Shown here one piece after another: positions 23,075 through 36,600 of a stretch of 51,206 bases of DNA. The position numbers were made by a program, and so were the translations under genes. The DNA is from Vitrella brassicaformis CCMP3155 (lineage: Eukaryota > Protista > Chromerida): NCBI GenBank assembly GCA_001179505.1, contig CDMY01000565.1, positions 1 through 51,206 on the forward strand, read 5' to 3'. Within the stretch, counting starts at the first letter, position 1. Every line of letters begins with the position of its first letter. A model generated the notes under the pieces. It was not told where the DNA came from. It did not search any database and worked only from the letters and a program-made list of their open reading frames with translations.

Positions 23075-24296
23075 TTACATACAGCTGGCCAATGGCATGC
23101 TGTGGGTAGTGTACACATTCACATTGAAACACATCCCGCCAATCCGCCCTCTCACCGCTCCCACCCCTCCTTCCCCCTCCATCCTTATCACTCTGAACAC
23201 TGGACGAATGACGCAGGAGGGGCGTGTCTCTGTGTCTTCACCGCCGTCAGAATATAAAATGTAGTCAGCGATGGATAAAGACTCAACTCCTCCGTGGATC
23301 CTTGTCTCTCTCGGCCGGAATCCCTGGACCCACTGCACAAGCCGACGGAACCAAGCCAATGAGAGACAACAGCCATGCGTGCGCGTCGCTTTCTTGCGAT
23401 TGTGTGTGTGTGTGTGTGTGTGTGTCTGCTTACTGCGTTCAGGTCTGAGGGGGCCCAGCCGTCAAACTCAACCGCCTTGTAGCACCCCAAGTCGATGAGG
23501 CGCACCACGAGCCCATCGCCCACCACCACGTTGTCCAGCTTGTGGTCGCGGTATATCACTGTACCCATCACACACACATACATACACACACACACAGACT
23601 CGTGAGAAGGTCAAGTAGTGGATTCTCCCTTGTTTCCTCTCTTCTCTATCTGATGTGGCGGCTCTCCTCACCTCCTAAGCTGTGCAGCGCCGTGTGTGCG
23701 TTGACGAGCTGGCTGCTGATCTCCCTGACCTCCTCGCGCGGCAGTCCAGTGTAGGTCAGAGGGTCTAGGCCCTGGGCTATGAAGGCCTCTCTGTGCTCCT
23801 GCAGCTTCGTGAAGAGCGTGGGGCCGCCGTACTCCATGATCAAGTAGGCCTTGTCCTCCTGGGGGTAGCTCTTGAAGCCCAACGACGACACCACATTGTC
23901 ACACTGGTCAATGGCGGGGAGCCTCATGACGGTATGCTCATCCCGGAGCATGTTGGCAAACCCGGGCTTACTCTGAAGGCACGCAAGCACAACACACCCG
24001 GCCACGTACCAGAGGAAATGAGCCATGTATGTGTATGTGTGAGACATACACAACGCACCAACTAATGCCCCGCTCTCTGTGCCCATGGATTGCATGCTTA
24101 CCATCTTGACGACCAGGTCCTCTCCTCGGTCGCGTACGTCGTCGATGTCGATGTTTTCGTCGCTATCGATGTCGTCTGCAGACCCCGCTGCATTGGCACG
24201 CGCCTGCCAGGTGTGGCCGTACTCGCCCCCTCCCAGATATCGAATAAGATTGAAGTTGTTGTCAATGAAGTGTGGAGTTTGCGGCGGGTGAGCCAT
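23075..24296 (-). pseudogene. Protein kinase copy K2, truncated after subdomain VIII
   Basis: MAHPPQTPHFIDNNFNLIRYLGGGEYGHTW..LVVKM..YRDHKLDN..LIDLG..WVQGFRP, then homology to K1/K3 stops at ~23312 and unrelated sequence follows. Confidence 0.7.
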
Positions 24297-24594
24297 GTCG
24301 TGGCCGACCAGCTGACGATTTATCAATCTCGCGTGTCAGCGGCGGCCTCTCCTCCTTGGTCGTCTCCTCGGCTGGCGAACGCCCTGGCGTATCACGGGCG
24401 CGTCAGTCTCTCGCTGGCTGCACTGCCGACTTATCTCTGTTTCTTGGCGGCATGGTGCAGGCTGTTGCGAGAAAGGAGGCTCACAGACGTGTTGGTATTG
24501 TTTGCACGGCTGTGTGGGCTGGACGGCGCGGGGCAGAGAGCGTTTCTTTGCGGCTGGCGAGGGGCTGAAGAAAGCGAGAGCCCACAGCTTCTTT

Positions 24595-24770
24595 TGCCGT
24601 CTCCCGTCTCAAATTCTCGCCAAAATGGAAATTTACTTCTCGGCGTTGCGGTGATGCAGCTCTTCTCCACATTGTGCGCCTTTCTGACGTGTGTGTTGTC
24701 GACAGGCGCCACGCGACATCTAACTGACAAAGGGAGAGAGACACTCCCGGCTTTGCTGTGCGCGAAGGCC
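24595..24770 (-). repeat. Partial copy of the kinase upstream non-coding block
   Basis: ccgtctcccgtctcaaattctcgccaaaatggaaatttacttctcgg..gcgacatctaactgaca..ggctttgctgtgcgc is shared with the 19617-20135 block and (reverse complement) the 49225-49744 block. Confidence 0.8.
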
Positions 24771-24782
24771 AGCCAAAAAGTC

Positions 24783-25066
24783 TTACTTTTGGTTGAGTGC
24801 CAGCCATTCCTCGTGCGTCATGGCGGCATCGCTGCTCTCAAAGGTCTTCAACTCATCCAAAGTGATACTCTGATGGACAAGCTTCATCAGAAGGGCCTCC
24901 ATCGCAGCTGCTGCTTAGATCAGCAACTCAGGCTGCACAGGGTGAGCAGATGACTGAGGCAGCACCTGTAGAGGAGACCCTCGAGATGCTGGCGAAGCTG
25001 CAGAAACAGCCGCATCGTAACTTCGATGTCTGAGCGGCGAATCTCGAACTTGATGGTCGGTGGTTA
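24783..25066 (-). pseudogene. Possible isolated coding fragment of unknown protein
   Basis: Reads PTIKFEIRRSDIEVTMRLFLQLRQHLEGLLY | AAMEALLMKLVHQSITLDELKTFESSDAAMTHEEWLALNQK* in repeat-poor sequence. No clear start or family. Confidence 0.25.
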
Positions 25067-25442
25067 CAGCGACGAACCTCTCTCCTGTGCAGCGGTTTCA
25101 AAAAAAAAGGCGACCTGCCGGTCTCGGCATGATGTGAGTGGGTTAGTGGGTAGGATACGATCTGACTGCGCCGTGTGTGTGTCTTCACATGAACTATTCA
25201 AGCCATCAGCTGGCCCGCACGGGCCGGGCCGTCATGTCACGGTCTGTTGGTCGGCTGTACACTTACACACACAAGACGTACGTCAGTCACACAAGCACCA
25301 CACCCCAGCCAGCTATGCACCTATATCTATCCGACACGCAAGTAGGGGAGGGAGAGTGAGCAAATGAATAAAGACATCCACCCACCCACCCACCCACACT
25401 CCATCGATGGATGGATGCAGACATCAATCACTCGTTTGACAA

Positions 25443-28400
25443 TCAAATGCCGTCCTGATGGCTGTCTCTCATGTGGCGTCGGAGCTCCCTGACCCATGCT
25501 GTCGCCATCCTCACCGAGTCCATATCAGCTTCCACACCCTAACAGACAGACAGACAGACGGACGGACAGACATCCACTGCATGTGTGCATGTGTGTGTCT
25601 CCCCCAACCCCCCCTCCCCTCACCCGCACCTACCAGGAAGTCCGCCGACGCGCCATGACCCAACACTGACACACACACACACACAAAGGGAGAGAGAGAG
25701 TATACACACGGGTATTTCTCGTGGCTGGCTGGCTGCACCGCCCCCCGCAGCGTGCGTCCTTACACACCTGCGATTGTGCGTGCGAGTACTTGGTCGTCCG
25801 TCATGGGCTGATTGACGTCGCCCACCTTCTTGCTGAACCTCTCGATGTCGGGCTTGTCCGCTTGGAAGAGCAAGTCGAGCGCCTCCGGCTCACACGGGAA
25901 GAAGGGCAGCTGCACAGGCGCCACCCTGGGGTCGGCAGTGTCATCCTTGCCGTGGCAGCATGCCAGGACCATGTTGATCAGCTCGACCTTGGCCTGTGTG
26001 TCCACCCCACAGCCAGCTGTCTTACCCCTCTCTCTCTCTCTCTCTCTGTTCTCTCTGTCTGTCTGTGTGTGTGCGTACGTTGAGTAGCGTCACCATGACG
26101 TTGCGCAGCATAACGACCAGCTGGAAGGTCTTGGTATTGAGCGGCTTGAAGGCGCACTCATACACGCCGCTCGCCTTGGTCGTGTCGGCGTGGAGCAGCA
26201 GCCGGTGCAGAGGGGTGGGGCAGGGCAGCCGAAGCACCAAGTTCGAGGCGGCCTTGTCTAGCTTGTCCCGCTCTCCCTTGTCCTTGGTCTTCTTGTCCTT
26301 GTCTCTGTCCTTGTCGAACTTGTCCCGCTCGATCTTGATGCACAGCTTGGAGGGGCCGAAGATGCGCGTCAGGCCGGCCAGCACCGAGTCCCACTGAGCC
26401 TTGGTCAACTCACGGTGATCTAGAGGGAGGGATGAGCATTCACAGAGAGGGAGGGAGGGAGGGAGGGGGATGTCGGTGTGCGTCTGTGTCTGGAGCGCAT
26501 TGCATTTATTGCCCACACACATACAGAAGGGGTGGCTATTGTCCGCTTTCTCGGCCCTGCACACACACCACATCACACCACAGGACAGGACGCCACAGCT
26601 GCTGGGCTGCCTGTCTGTCTGTCTGTCTGTCCCTGAGTGTGTGTGTGTCGGCCAGTTGCTCACATGGCGTGTATGAGTGATCTGGTTGCGTCGGGTGTCA
26701 TGCCGATGAGCCCCACCCTCTGGGCCTCCTGCGACAGACACCGAGAAACCGCTACGATCCAGCAGAAGTAAAACTGCAGAACTGACACACACACACACAC
26801 ACACGCAGAGAGGGAGGGAGGGAGGGAGGGAGAGAGATCACCTCCAATATGTGTGTGTGAGAGTGTGTGTGTCGGTTTGTCGAGGGACCTTGGACGGCTG
26901 CGGGCCTGCGCCACTGCCATTGTGTCGTGAATATGTACTCAAAGTCGCCCGGGGCCGTCCCGTCGAAGAGACGCCGGCACTGATGCTTGATCTCGTCACT
27001 ACTCACACACAGCCAGAGAGAGAGAGAGAGAGAATTGCGTGTGGTGCGTGTGTGTGTGTGTGTGTGTGTTGGTGCGTGCCTCCATTTGTTGACGGCGTCC
27101 AGGAGGTGCGGCATGTGGAAGTGAGGCTCGAAGTGGTCTCTCTGTACAGTGAGGCCGCGCTGCTCCCTGACCTCCTCCTGCCAGATCTCCAGCAGGCTCA
27201 CCATAGCAGCGTGCCACACCTCACCTGACACATCCATCCATCCATGCACTGCACTCCCCCTCCCTCCCTCCCTCTTCCTCCCTCCCTCCCAGCCTCACTT
27301 GGCACATTCTTGCTCTTGACGTGTTGGGGCATGACGTCGTCAAATATCTGCAGCCAGGCCGTGGTCGGGCACTGCCTCTCGTGGGTCGTGGCCAGGTGGA
27401 TGAGTGCCAGCCACCACGGGACGCACGTGTCGCTGTCGTCGGGCTCCCGCCTTTGGTCCAGCAGCACGTCGAGGTGGGAGAGCCCCGAATCGGTCAGCAG
27501 GATGGCCCCCAGGCGGATGGCCGTGGCCGACGATATGCACTGCCGAAGGTGCTCGCAGATGAGCTCCAGCTTCGAAAGCTTGTCAGGGAGCTCGCGCAGC
27601 TGGCTGTCATCGATAGTAATCCAGGCAACGGCGTGGCGCCACGAGCACGATCTCCTGCTGTCTGGGAAAACTGATTGGTGGATGAAGGTCCATCCCGACA
27701 CGCACACACACACACACTCTCTGTGTCGTGTAGTGTCGTGTGGTGCGTGTGGTCGATGCGCTGCCTACTGGTGAATGCCTCGACGTCGAGTACAAGTCTG
27801 GCGATGCTTGCCAAGTGGCCGGGTGTGGTGCTGATGGCGTGCTTGATGAGATGCGAGTGGGCGATCTGGTAGTCGAGGAAAACCAGACGGCTGGTCGGCC
27901 CCAACACGTACAGCTCGCCTTGGTGCAGGAAGCCGACGTCACACGTGCGGAAGTAGAACAGGCTCTCTGACACACACACATGTCACACACACCCACACAC
28001 ACACTGGTGTCCACAGACAGAGACAGAGGCCGGCCGCGCCCACCGGTCATCGATTCTCCGTCCTTGTCGCGTATGCGTATCTTCTGCATGGTGAAGAAGA
28101 CGCGCTTGCCGTGGTCGAAGTAGGTCGGGGTCGTCCTGCACCCACACACACACACCCCACAGACACACATGAGCGACACGATCAATGGGGACGTTAAGAG
28201 TGTGTCAGGTCGGACTGACTGACCTGGCCCTGACGTAGATCTCGCCGGCGACGTACGGCTGGCACTCCTCCTTGGTGAATGGGTTGACGATGCGGATGTC
28301 GACACCCTCCATGGGCGGACCCTGGCTGACGAACCTGCGGGCGACGACATTCTCGCCGCCATTGAGCTCCTCGACCTCACCACAGAACAAACCACAAGAC

Positions 28401-28737
28401 GCCAACTGAAGATCGGACAACAGGCGCAGACACACACATGACAAACCACCACACACCCAACGCACCGCACCCTGTGTGGTTGAGCTGACTGACTGACTGA
28501 CTGACCACTTTGACTCTGCCGTTCTCGGCCAGTGCCCTGACGTCGATGATGACGGCTTGCGGCCCCGTGTTGATGGACAGCGGGGTCCTCCCCTGCTGCT
28601 GCGGCGGCGTCTGGATGGGCCAGCGGGTCAAGGGCGCACCTGTGTCGGAGGACAGGTACAGCGGCACCAGGGATGACGGCAGCGCACAACCCGACGCCTC
28701 AACGTTGTGCAGCAGCCTCTGCACATCCAGCCTCTGC

Positions 28738-28788
<51 letters not shown>

Positions 28789-30281
28789 TGGGCGGAGGCG
28801 GGCCGGACGTGTGTGGTTTCCGTCCGTCCATCCATCCATCCATCTCTCTCTCTTACCGCGAGGAACTGTATTGGTCGGTTTCCGTCTGCGCGTGCGTCGG
28901 TGAGGAAGCCTCCCTGGTTGATGAAGTTGAGGGGGCCGACCGGCGACACTTGCTCTCTGTCCCTGTCCGCCCCGGCCTTCTCCAGGAGCATGGTCTTGAT
29001 GACCCTGGTCATGCCCCCCACGGGCATCGACATGACGGAGCACCTGAAGCGTGAGACGATGTCGAGGAAGAAGGTGGGCGATCGCCAGAAGGTGTCGGGC
29101 GAGGTGAGGTGGCACTCGAAGCCAAAGAAGAGGCTCGTGAGGATGAAGTACATGAGCCCACTTCCGAAGTGGAGCGGCAGCCAGCTGAACAGCCGCACAG
29201 AGTGGCCCGTGGCGTATCGTGACAGCGTCTGGCGCTCCGTGTAGGCCCTGTGCAGCCGGTCGGGCTGGCAGGTGAGGAGGTGCATCGACCGCCTGGCATG
29301 GAGCTCGCGCAACATCTTGTATGGCCGCCATGCGCCCATGTCTGTCACCTCGTTGGCGCTGTCTATGTTGAACTTGAGCCGGCCCTGGACCAGCTTGGCC
29401 TCCTCGCGATCGTCGACGGCGATGGCCGAGGCGTATGCGCACATGATAACCCGCAGCTGGTCGTGGGTGATCATCGTGAGGCGATGGTTGATGTCGTTGA
29501 AGAGGATGAGCGCGTCATCTCTCTCGCCGACGTCCATCTGCTCGCCTGCCGGGCCGTCGAAGAGGGCGGGGATGTCGCTCATGTGCACGATGGCCTCATT
29601 GCTCCTGTCGTCCCTGACCATGAGGAAGGCTGAGAGGTTGATCTGCTTGAAGGTACACTTGGGGAGGGAGGAGGTGCAGCAGGTGGGGTGCTCAAGCATG
29701 GCGTGGGAGGCCTCGTTGAAGATGAGGGCGTCGGGCTTGATCTGGTCGAAGATCGTCTGGATGGCCTTGAAGTGTGGGTCGCTCGCGTCGTCCAGGTTGC
29801 CCACGTCCACAGGGATGGCCACAATGCCGTACCACAAACACGACACCAGAGCTAACACGAAATCCTGCAAGGAAGGTGCACAACACACACACACACACAC
29901 ACACAACCACATGCATGTGTGTGATCCTCCCCTCTCTTTCTCTCTCTCTGGTTGCCAGCTCACCAGCGAGTGTCCGATGAAGATGACGGCTCTGTCGCCC
30001 TTTCTGAGGCCGACGCCGTTGACGAGTAGCCACCCAATGCGCCTCGCCTCGGCGAACAGCTGCTCATACGTCAGTTCCGTCATTGTATGCCGGGGCCTCT
30101 CCTCGCCGATCGAGTGCAGCGCAAACGCCGTCAGCGGCTTGCCGTCCTTTGTCTTGGCGCGATGGTCTGCAGACACCGCCGCCCAGTATTCGAGCGCCTC
30201 GCGGATGAACACCGGCGCTTGGTCGCCCGAGTCGTCAGCATTGGTGGTGTGTGGCAGCCCGTTGGCCGCCGCCTCAGCCAT
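25443..30281 (-). CDS. Large protein with N-terminal degenerate adenylation (FAAL/DIP2-like AMP-binding) domain and unknown C-terminal region
   Basis: LTYEQLFAEARRIGWLL..GLRKGDRAVI, CLWYGIVAIPV, SWLPLHFGSGL, PDTFWRSPTFFLDIVSRFR, QGPPMEGVDIRIVNP..GEIYV and RTCDVGFLHQGELYVLG follow the ANL-family motif order. The 3' end is approximate. Confidence 0.7.
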
Positions 30282-30460
30282 CGTGCTGAGAGGCCCAGCT
30301 GCCGCCGCCGTCACTTGAGCTCGCAACAAATGCCGTAAAGATGGGATGATTCAGGAGAGGGGTGGACAATCGCATCATCCACGAGAGATCTTGAGGTGCA
30401 TGAACAACTCTGGGTATTGATTTCTAGCATCGGCGCACTGACTGTCTGCGTCCTCTCCTG
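30282..30460. promoter_or_regulatory. Putative bidirectional promoter
   Basis: Only 179 bp between the divergent ATGs at 30281 (-) and 30461 (+); free of microsatellites. Confidence 0.5.
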
Positions 30461-32750
30461 ATGGACGCAGAGCCATCCGAGCCCTCCCAGCCACCCCAGG
30501 GCCATCCAGCCGAAGGAGAACATGCCCCTGCTAGCAGCCCCGGCGCCCCTGCAGCCGTGGATTCATCCGCACCCCCGCCCGAGAGCCCCGCTGCCTTCCC
30601 ACCCAGTGTCCAGTATGAGATTCCGGATGGCGAGGGGGTGGTCTCGCCTGTAGACCACGTTGCTGAGGCGGCCAATGCGGAGATCCCACTTGAATCGAGG
30701 CTGGTCAGCAAGAAATGGGCTGAGCGGGCCAGTGCCTATGACGAGATCAGGGAGCGGCTGGTCGGGGCTGCCAAGGGAGAGGGAGGGGGAGAGGACTTGT
30801 TCCGCGAGTACGGTGAGCTGCTGAGCAAGGCCGTGGTGGACACCATCCCCACGGCGCAGGAGCGGGGCATCGACATGGCCATGGCATTCGTCGAGCACTT
30901 CCCCGGCCCGCCCAACGCCATCGAGCGGTACGTACCGCACCTATGCAGGGCCCTCTTCGAGAAGACCCTCACCAGCAAGAATGGCGACAAGGCTCAGCAG
31001 CTGCTCGCCGGACTGGTGGAGGTGCTGGAGGCCGAGACGATTGTCCGGCAGATGGCGGAGTTCGTCAAGGCCAAGGGCGGTGCGAGCAAGGGCCCGGCAC
31101 TCAAGCAGGTGGCGGGAGTGGTAGGGGCGCTGCGTGAGTTGCTGCGTCAGTTCGGGTGTGGCAAGGTGCACCCGCGGCTGTATCTGGGTGAGGTGATGCG
31201 TCTGAAGGATGTGGTGGACAAAGGTGCGAGGGAGGAGTTCTACGGGCTGATGGTCGAGGTGTACCGCTGGACAAGGACACTCGACATCATCACCGCCGGC
31301 AGGGACATACCACAGCCGCAGCTGGTCAGTCAGCACAGCCAGATAAAATGCCAACAGACAGAGAGGCAGGCCGAACAGATTGATTGCATGTGTAAGAGTG
31401 AGTTGGTGTGGGGTGTGCGGATTGTTTGCGTGTGTGTGTGTGTGTGTGTGTGCCAGGCTGAGTTGAAGCGTCGTGTGGAGGCTATCGACGGCACCCCGCC
31501 CCCAGTGCCCACCAGATACTACCGCAACGAACCAGGTGTGTGTCATCTCATGCACTCGACCAGCCGAGCCGGATCACACGCCACCCCCATCATGGGATTG
31601 CGTGTTGTGTGTGTGCGCAGTGCCCACAGCAGCGCCCACGGAGCCCTCTGCAACCTGCCAATCCAATGCCCCCGCCAACAGCAGCGCAGCAGTACACCCT
31701 GGCACACAAACAGGTGGGTGCGTGTAATGCGTAGCGTACGAGTGCTGTCGATATCGCATCCATCTATCCATTTGTCTGTCTCATTGATTGGTGCAGGTGC
31801 AGGTGGTGCTGCAGGTGCTGCGGGTGTGGCTGTGGGTGTGGGTGTGGGTATGGGTGTGGATGTGTGGGAGATGCTGGATCCCGTGGACGTCATGGGTCAG
31901 CTGCCGCGGGACTGGGAGGGGCAGGTGCTCAAGCAGGCCAAGTGGAGCGACAAGAAGGAGTGGATCGAGAAGCTTATACACGTACGCACCGCAAGGCACT
32001 TAACTTACACCCCTGCACAGCACAGCCACACACGCCACGCCAGGCCACCCACGCGCAGCGCACCTTTGCATGTCCTGTCTGTCCTTTATGTAAGCGTATG
32101 TGTTGTGTGTGTTTGGGGGCTGGGCTGTGACGTGACTGACAGTTGTGTGAGCGCAGCCCGCGTCTGAAGGCCGGGGTCGATTACGGCGGCGTGGTGCAGG
32201 TCCTCATTCGCATACTCAAGCAAGAGTCCAACGTCAACGTGGTACGGACGGAACACACCTGACACACACAACACGGAACAAACGAGCCACAGCTCCCTCC
32301 CCCGTCTGTCTGTCTGTCTGTGTGTCTGTCTGTCTGTCTGTCTGTGTCAATCAGATAGCGGCCACCCTGCGTGTGGCGGGTCTGCTCGCCCAGGGCCTGA
32401 GGAAGGACTTCTCCCACCACGTCAAGCAGCTGCTGCCCTTCGTCGTCCACAAGCTCAAGGAGAAGAACCGCATCGTCCAGACAGAGGTGCTCCGGACTCT
32501 AGACGGCTTCCTGCTCGCGGCGCCGTGGGATGCCTTCAATGACGAGGTGCGAAGGAATGAAGGCACGGTGCGTTGCTGTTGTGCAGTTTGTTCCCCTATG
32601 TGTGTGTTGTGTGTGTCAGGTGAAGTTGGCGTGTGCGGACAAGAATCCGTCGGTCCGGCAGCAGGTGCTGCAGTGGGTGGCCAGGGTGGTGGCGGGGCCG
32701 CACCAGGCACAGGCCATCAAGAAACACCTGCACTCTATCGGTCGGTGCCA

Positions 32751-32790
<40 letters not shown>

Positions 32791-33571
32791 CATGAGACGT
32801 ATAAGTGTGTCATGCGTGTGTGTGCACAGCATCGATGGCGTCGTCCCTACTTGAGGACTCAGCCAAAGAAGTCCGCGAAAGCGCCGTCGAACTCATGGTG
32901 AGATGCACTGCAGCCCGTTCGTGTCCCACTTATCTGCATGGCTCCATCCATCGATCCACCTCCCTCTCTCCCTCTGTGTCTGTGTGTGTGTCCATCTGTC
33001 TGTCTGTCTGTCTGTAAGCGTGTGGTGTCCGATGTTGGCGGCACCGACCTGCTTGCTGAGACCCTCCAGACCCTCCCAGAGGCGCGACGCAAAGCCATAG
33101 AAACACTACTCACCGCTAAACACGGTCAGTCAGTCAGTCGGCAAGTCAGTCGCATCAATCACGTGCTATGCGTCGGGTGCCTGTGTTGTGTCTCTCCCCC
33201 TTGGCTGCATTAGGCTCGAGTGACGCTGTAGAGGGCGGTGGTGATGACGCCGGCGCCGATCGAGGCTTCGGCGTGTCAGTGTCGACTTCGGTCAAGGAGG
33301 GAGCCGCCCGCTCGCGCGACGCCAGCCGGATGCGCAAACGCCCAGGCACCCAGCCGGGCACACCCACCGGGGCAGCAGCAGTTGCTGGTGGTGTTGGTGT
33401 TGGCGTTGGTGGTGGGTTGATGAGGAAGCCGAGTAATGCAGGGTTGGGTTTAGGTGGCAAGGGCGGGAAGGGGTCTGGCGGCACACATCATCAGGATGAG
33501 TGTGATGAGGTTGGGGATGGGCCCCTGTCGCAGGCGGACATCGACGAGGCCGTAGAGGTATACACACACAT

Positions 33572-33602
<31 letters not shown>

Positions 33603-36600
33603 TACGCGCCATACCTGTTCGTTTTGTGCCTGACGTGATGTGTGTGGCATACATACCATGATGTGTGTGTGTAGGGTGTGGTGCCTGAGTCGATTCGGAA
33701 GCTGTTGGACGACCCACACTGGAAGCAGCGACAGGAGGGGCTGCAACAGCTCAAGTAGCAAGACCTGACCGACCAACAACACACACCACTCACAGCACAG
33801 CACAGACAGCCCCTAAAGCCGGCCATCAGGCCATCCAGAATGAATTGCATGTGTGTGTGTCGTTCGTTCGTCTAGGGAGTGGTGGCTGGGTCATCCTGGC
33901 GAGGCCGGGCCCATCACGGAGCACATCGTCAAGTACCTCAAGAAGAAGGCACGAACAATGAGGGAGGGGAGGGAGGAAGGACGATCCCACGGACACACAC
34001 GCGTCTCTTTGTGGATTCTTCGATCAGTGCAAGGACTTCAAGGAGTCCAATTTCCAGATCAACCGTGAGCTGCTCGAGCTGCTCGCAAACATACCCACAC
34101 TCGCGCCGTCAAAGGTCACCAAGACACTCGCCAACACCATCATCACGCCATGGGCTGACAAAGTACGGAGCATGACGTAGTACACACAGAGAGAGAGAGA
34201 GAGCGAGATGGAGAGGGTGTGCGTGGTGGTATTGTGTGTGTCAGTTGTCTGACGGCAAGTTGGCCGGTCAGCTGAGCTCTTTGTTTTTGGACCTGAGTGA
34301 GCACGTGACGCCCACATTCACGGCAGCACGAGTCATCAAGGCCGTCAAGGACAACAGCTCACCAAAGGCACGGCACGCACACGCACACACCACACACACC
34401 ACACACCACCCAACACCCAGCACCCAACTCGCCAACATACATGAGAGCATACGGATGACTGCGTGGAGTGGATGTGTGTGTGTGTGTGTGTGTGTTGATG
34501 TGATGTGGTTAGGTGTCTGAGTGCGTGTGCAAGTTCCTGGAGCAGCTCGTGACAGAGTTCGGGCTCGGTACCGTCGACGTCAAGCTCATCATCCAATACA
34601 CAAAAGCCACACTAGACCACAAAAACAAGGTAAGGTCACAACACACAACACACAACACCCACCCGCACATAAGGCCTTCCGCGAGTGTACCCCTCCATCT
34701 GCGTGTGTGTCAGGGCACTCGTACGGCGGGCCAGTCGTTGGTTGTGTTGCTGCACCGGTACGCTGGCTCGGCGGTGCTGACGCTGCTCGAGGGCGACAAA
34801 AACGCAGTCGACCGAATCAACGACAAGACACTCGCTGAGGTGAATGCGCAAATGCCACACGTCTGTCTCCCTGGTGATGATGTGTATCATTCACTTGTCA
34901 GCTTCGGGACATGTGCGAGCGGCGGAAGGACGAGAAAGTCCCCGAGCCGTCACGGTGTGTCAGGTTAGTAAACAACCCCTCTCCCCTCTCCCCCCAAGAG
35001 ACCCACATCGCTGCACGCCCCCGTGTGTTGGCTGTGTCAGAGGCAGTGTGTTCGGCGGCGGGGCGCCATCGGCCATGGCACGTCCCGCACAGGCCAGCGG
35101 CGGGTCGGCGGCAGCAGCAGGTGGCGCTAGTGGCAGCGGCATGTCGCTCGACGACCTCATCCCCCGCACCAGCATCGCAAACGATATCAACACCAAACTA
35201 CTCAAGGCGAGAGCACATGCCATGCATCCCCCCCCACAAGCCACCCAAACTCACTCTCTCTCGCCGATTCACTCATCATCCATTCGTCAGGACCTGAGCG
35301 ACGCTTCAGCCTGGAAGACCCGTCGTGAGGCCCTGGACACCATCAGGGACATCATCAGGGGAAAGGGCAACGGCCACATCACCCCCACCGGCCTGAGCGA
35401 CCTCTTCACCGCCCTCAAGGCCCGCCTGGCCGACCAGAACAAGCCCGTGTCCAAGGCTGCGCTGGAGGTGGTGCACCAGCTGGGCGAGGCGTTGGGCGCC
35501 GCTGGCGCACGGGTGCACGCCAAGGCCATACTGCTGCCGCTGCTCTCACGTTTCTCGGACAAACAAAACACGGTGGGTGGATGGATGGGATGGGGGGATT
35601 GGTGAGGGATGGATGTGCAGAGGTGCACAGCCATGTGTGTTGTCTTGTGCTGTGTGTTTGGGGCGTGTGTGTGGGTCGGTGTGACAGACCCGTGACTTGA
35701 CGCTGTCTGCGGTGCAAGTGTGGTTCAAGGCGGTGGGGCCGGCCGTGTGGATTCCATCCGCCATCAGTAAAAGATCTCGAACACGCCCATGGTGTGTTCG
35801 GTGTATGTTGTGTGTGTGTGTGTGGTGGTGGGATAGGTGCGCTGAGCGACCCTTCGCCAGAGCAGAAGGAGGCCGTGCTGCTGCTCCTCATCGACGACGC
35901 CGACTTCACCGCCACCGACACACAACACACACACGTACGGACGGATGTGCAGACGTCCACACAAACACCAGGCGCATGCGACCCGCCCTCTCTCGTGCAG
36001 CACCTGGCCCGTGAGCTGCTCGACGCCCTGCAGGACAAGAACCAACGCATCCGCACACTCGCCGAGAAAGTCCTGGACAAGGTAATGCCCGCAGCGCTGC
36101 ACTTGCCAGACACGCCCCTTCCTTCATTGGTCGATGCATGTGTGTGTGTGCAGGTGGTCCCCCTGGTCGGCGCGTCCACCCTGGACAAGATGGTGTGTGA
36201 CCTCAAGCCAGCGGCGCAGAACGCTATCAGGCCCACCATAGACCGGCTCACTCTCACCAGCAGTGCCGACACGCACTCACACACGGGTGTGCCACCTGCG
36301 GCTGAGGGTGTGGGTGTGGGTGTGTGTGGTGTGGAGGAGCGGTCTGTGGATATGAACATGAGTATGGATGGTGGCGGTGGCGGTGGCGGTGAGGAGCTGA
36401 GGGACAACCTCTCGCAGCACTCTGTGCCCCTCGACGGAGGTGCGTCAGGCGAGAGAACTGTGCTGCTCTCATTGACTTTGGGTGTGTGTGGTGTGTGGTG
36501 TGTGGCCATCTGTGAACAGTTCGAAAGATGGCCCGGCCGCCCGTGGCTCCCAAAAACGGTACGACAGTGTCTGCCCGCCGCCGTGCTCTCAATCTGCATC

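Noticed and set aside
29272-30318. 348-aa plus-strand ORF
   Set aside because: Antisense shadow of the GC-rich adenylation-domain exon; no family motifs.
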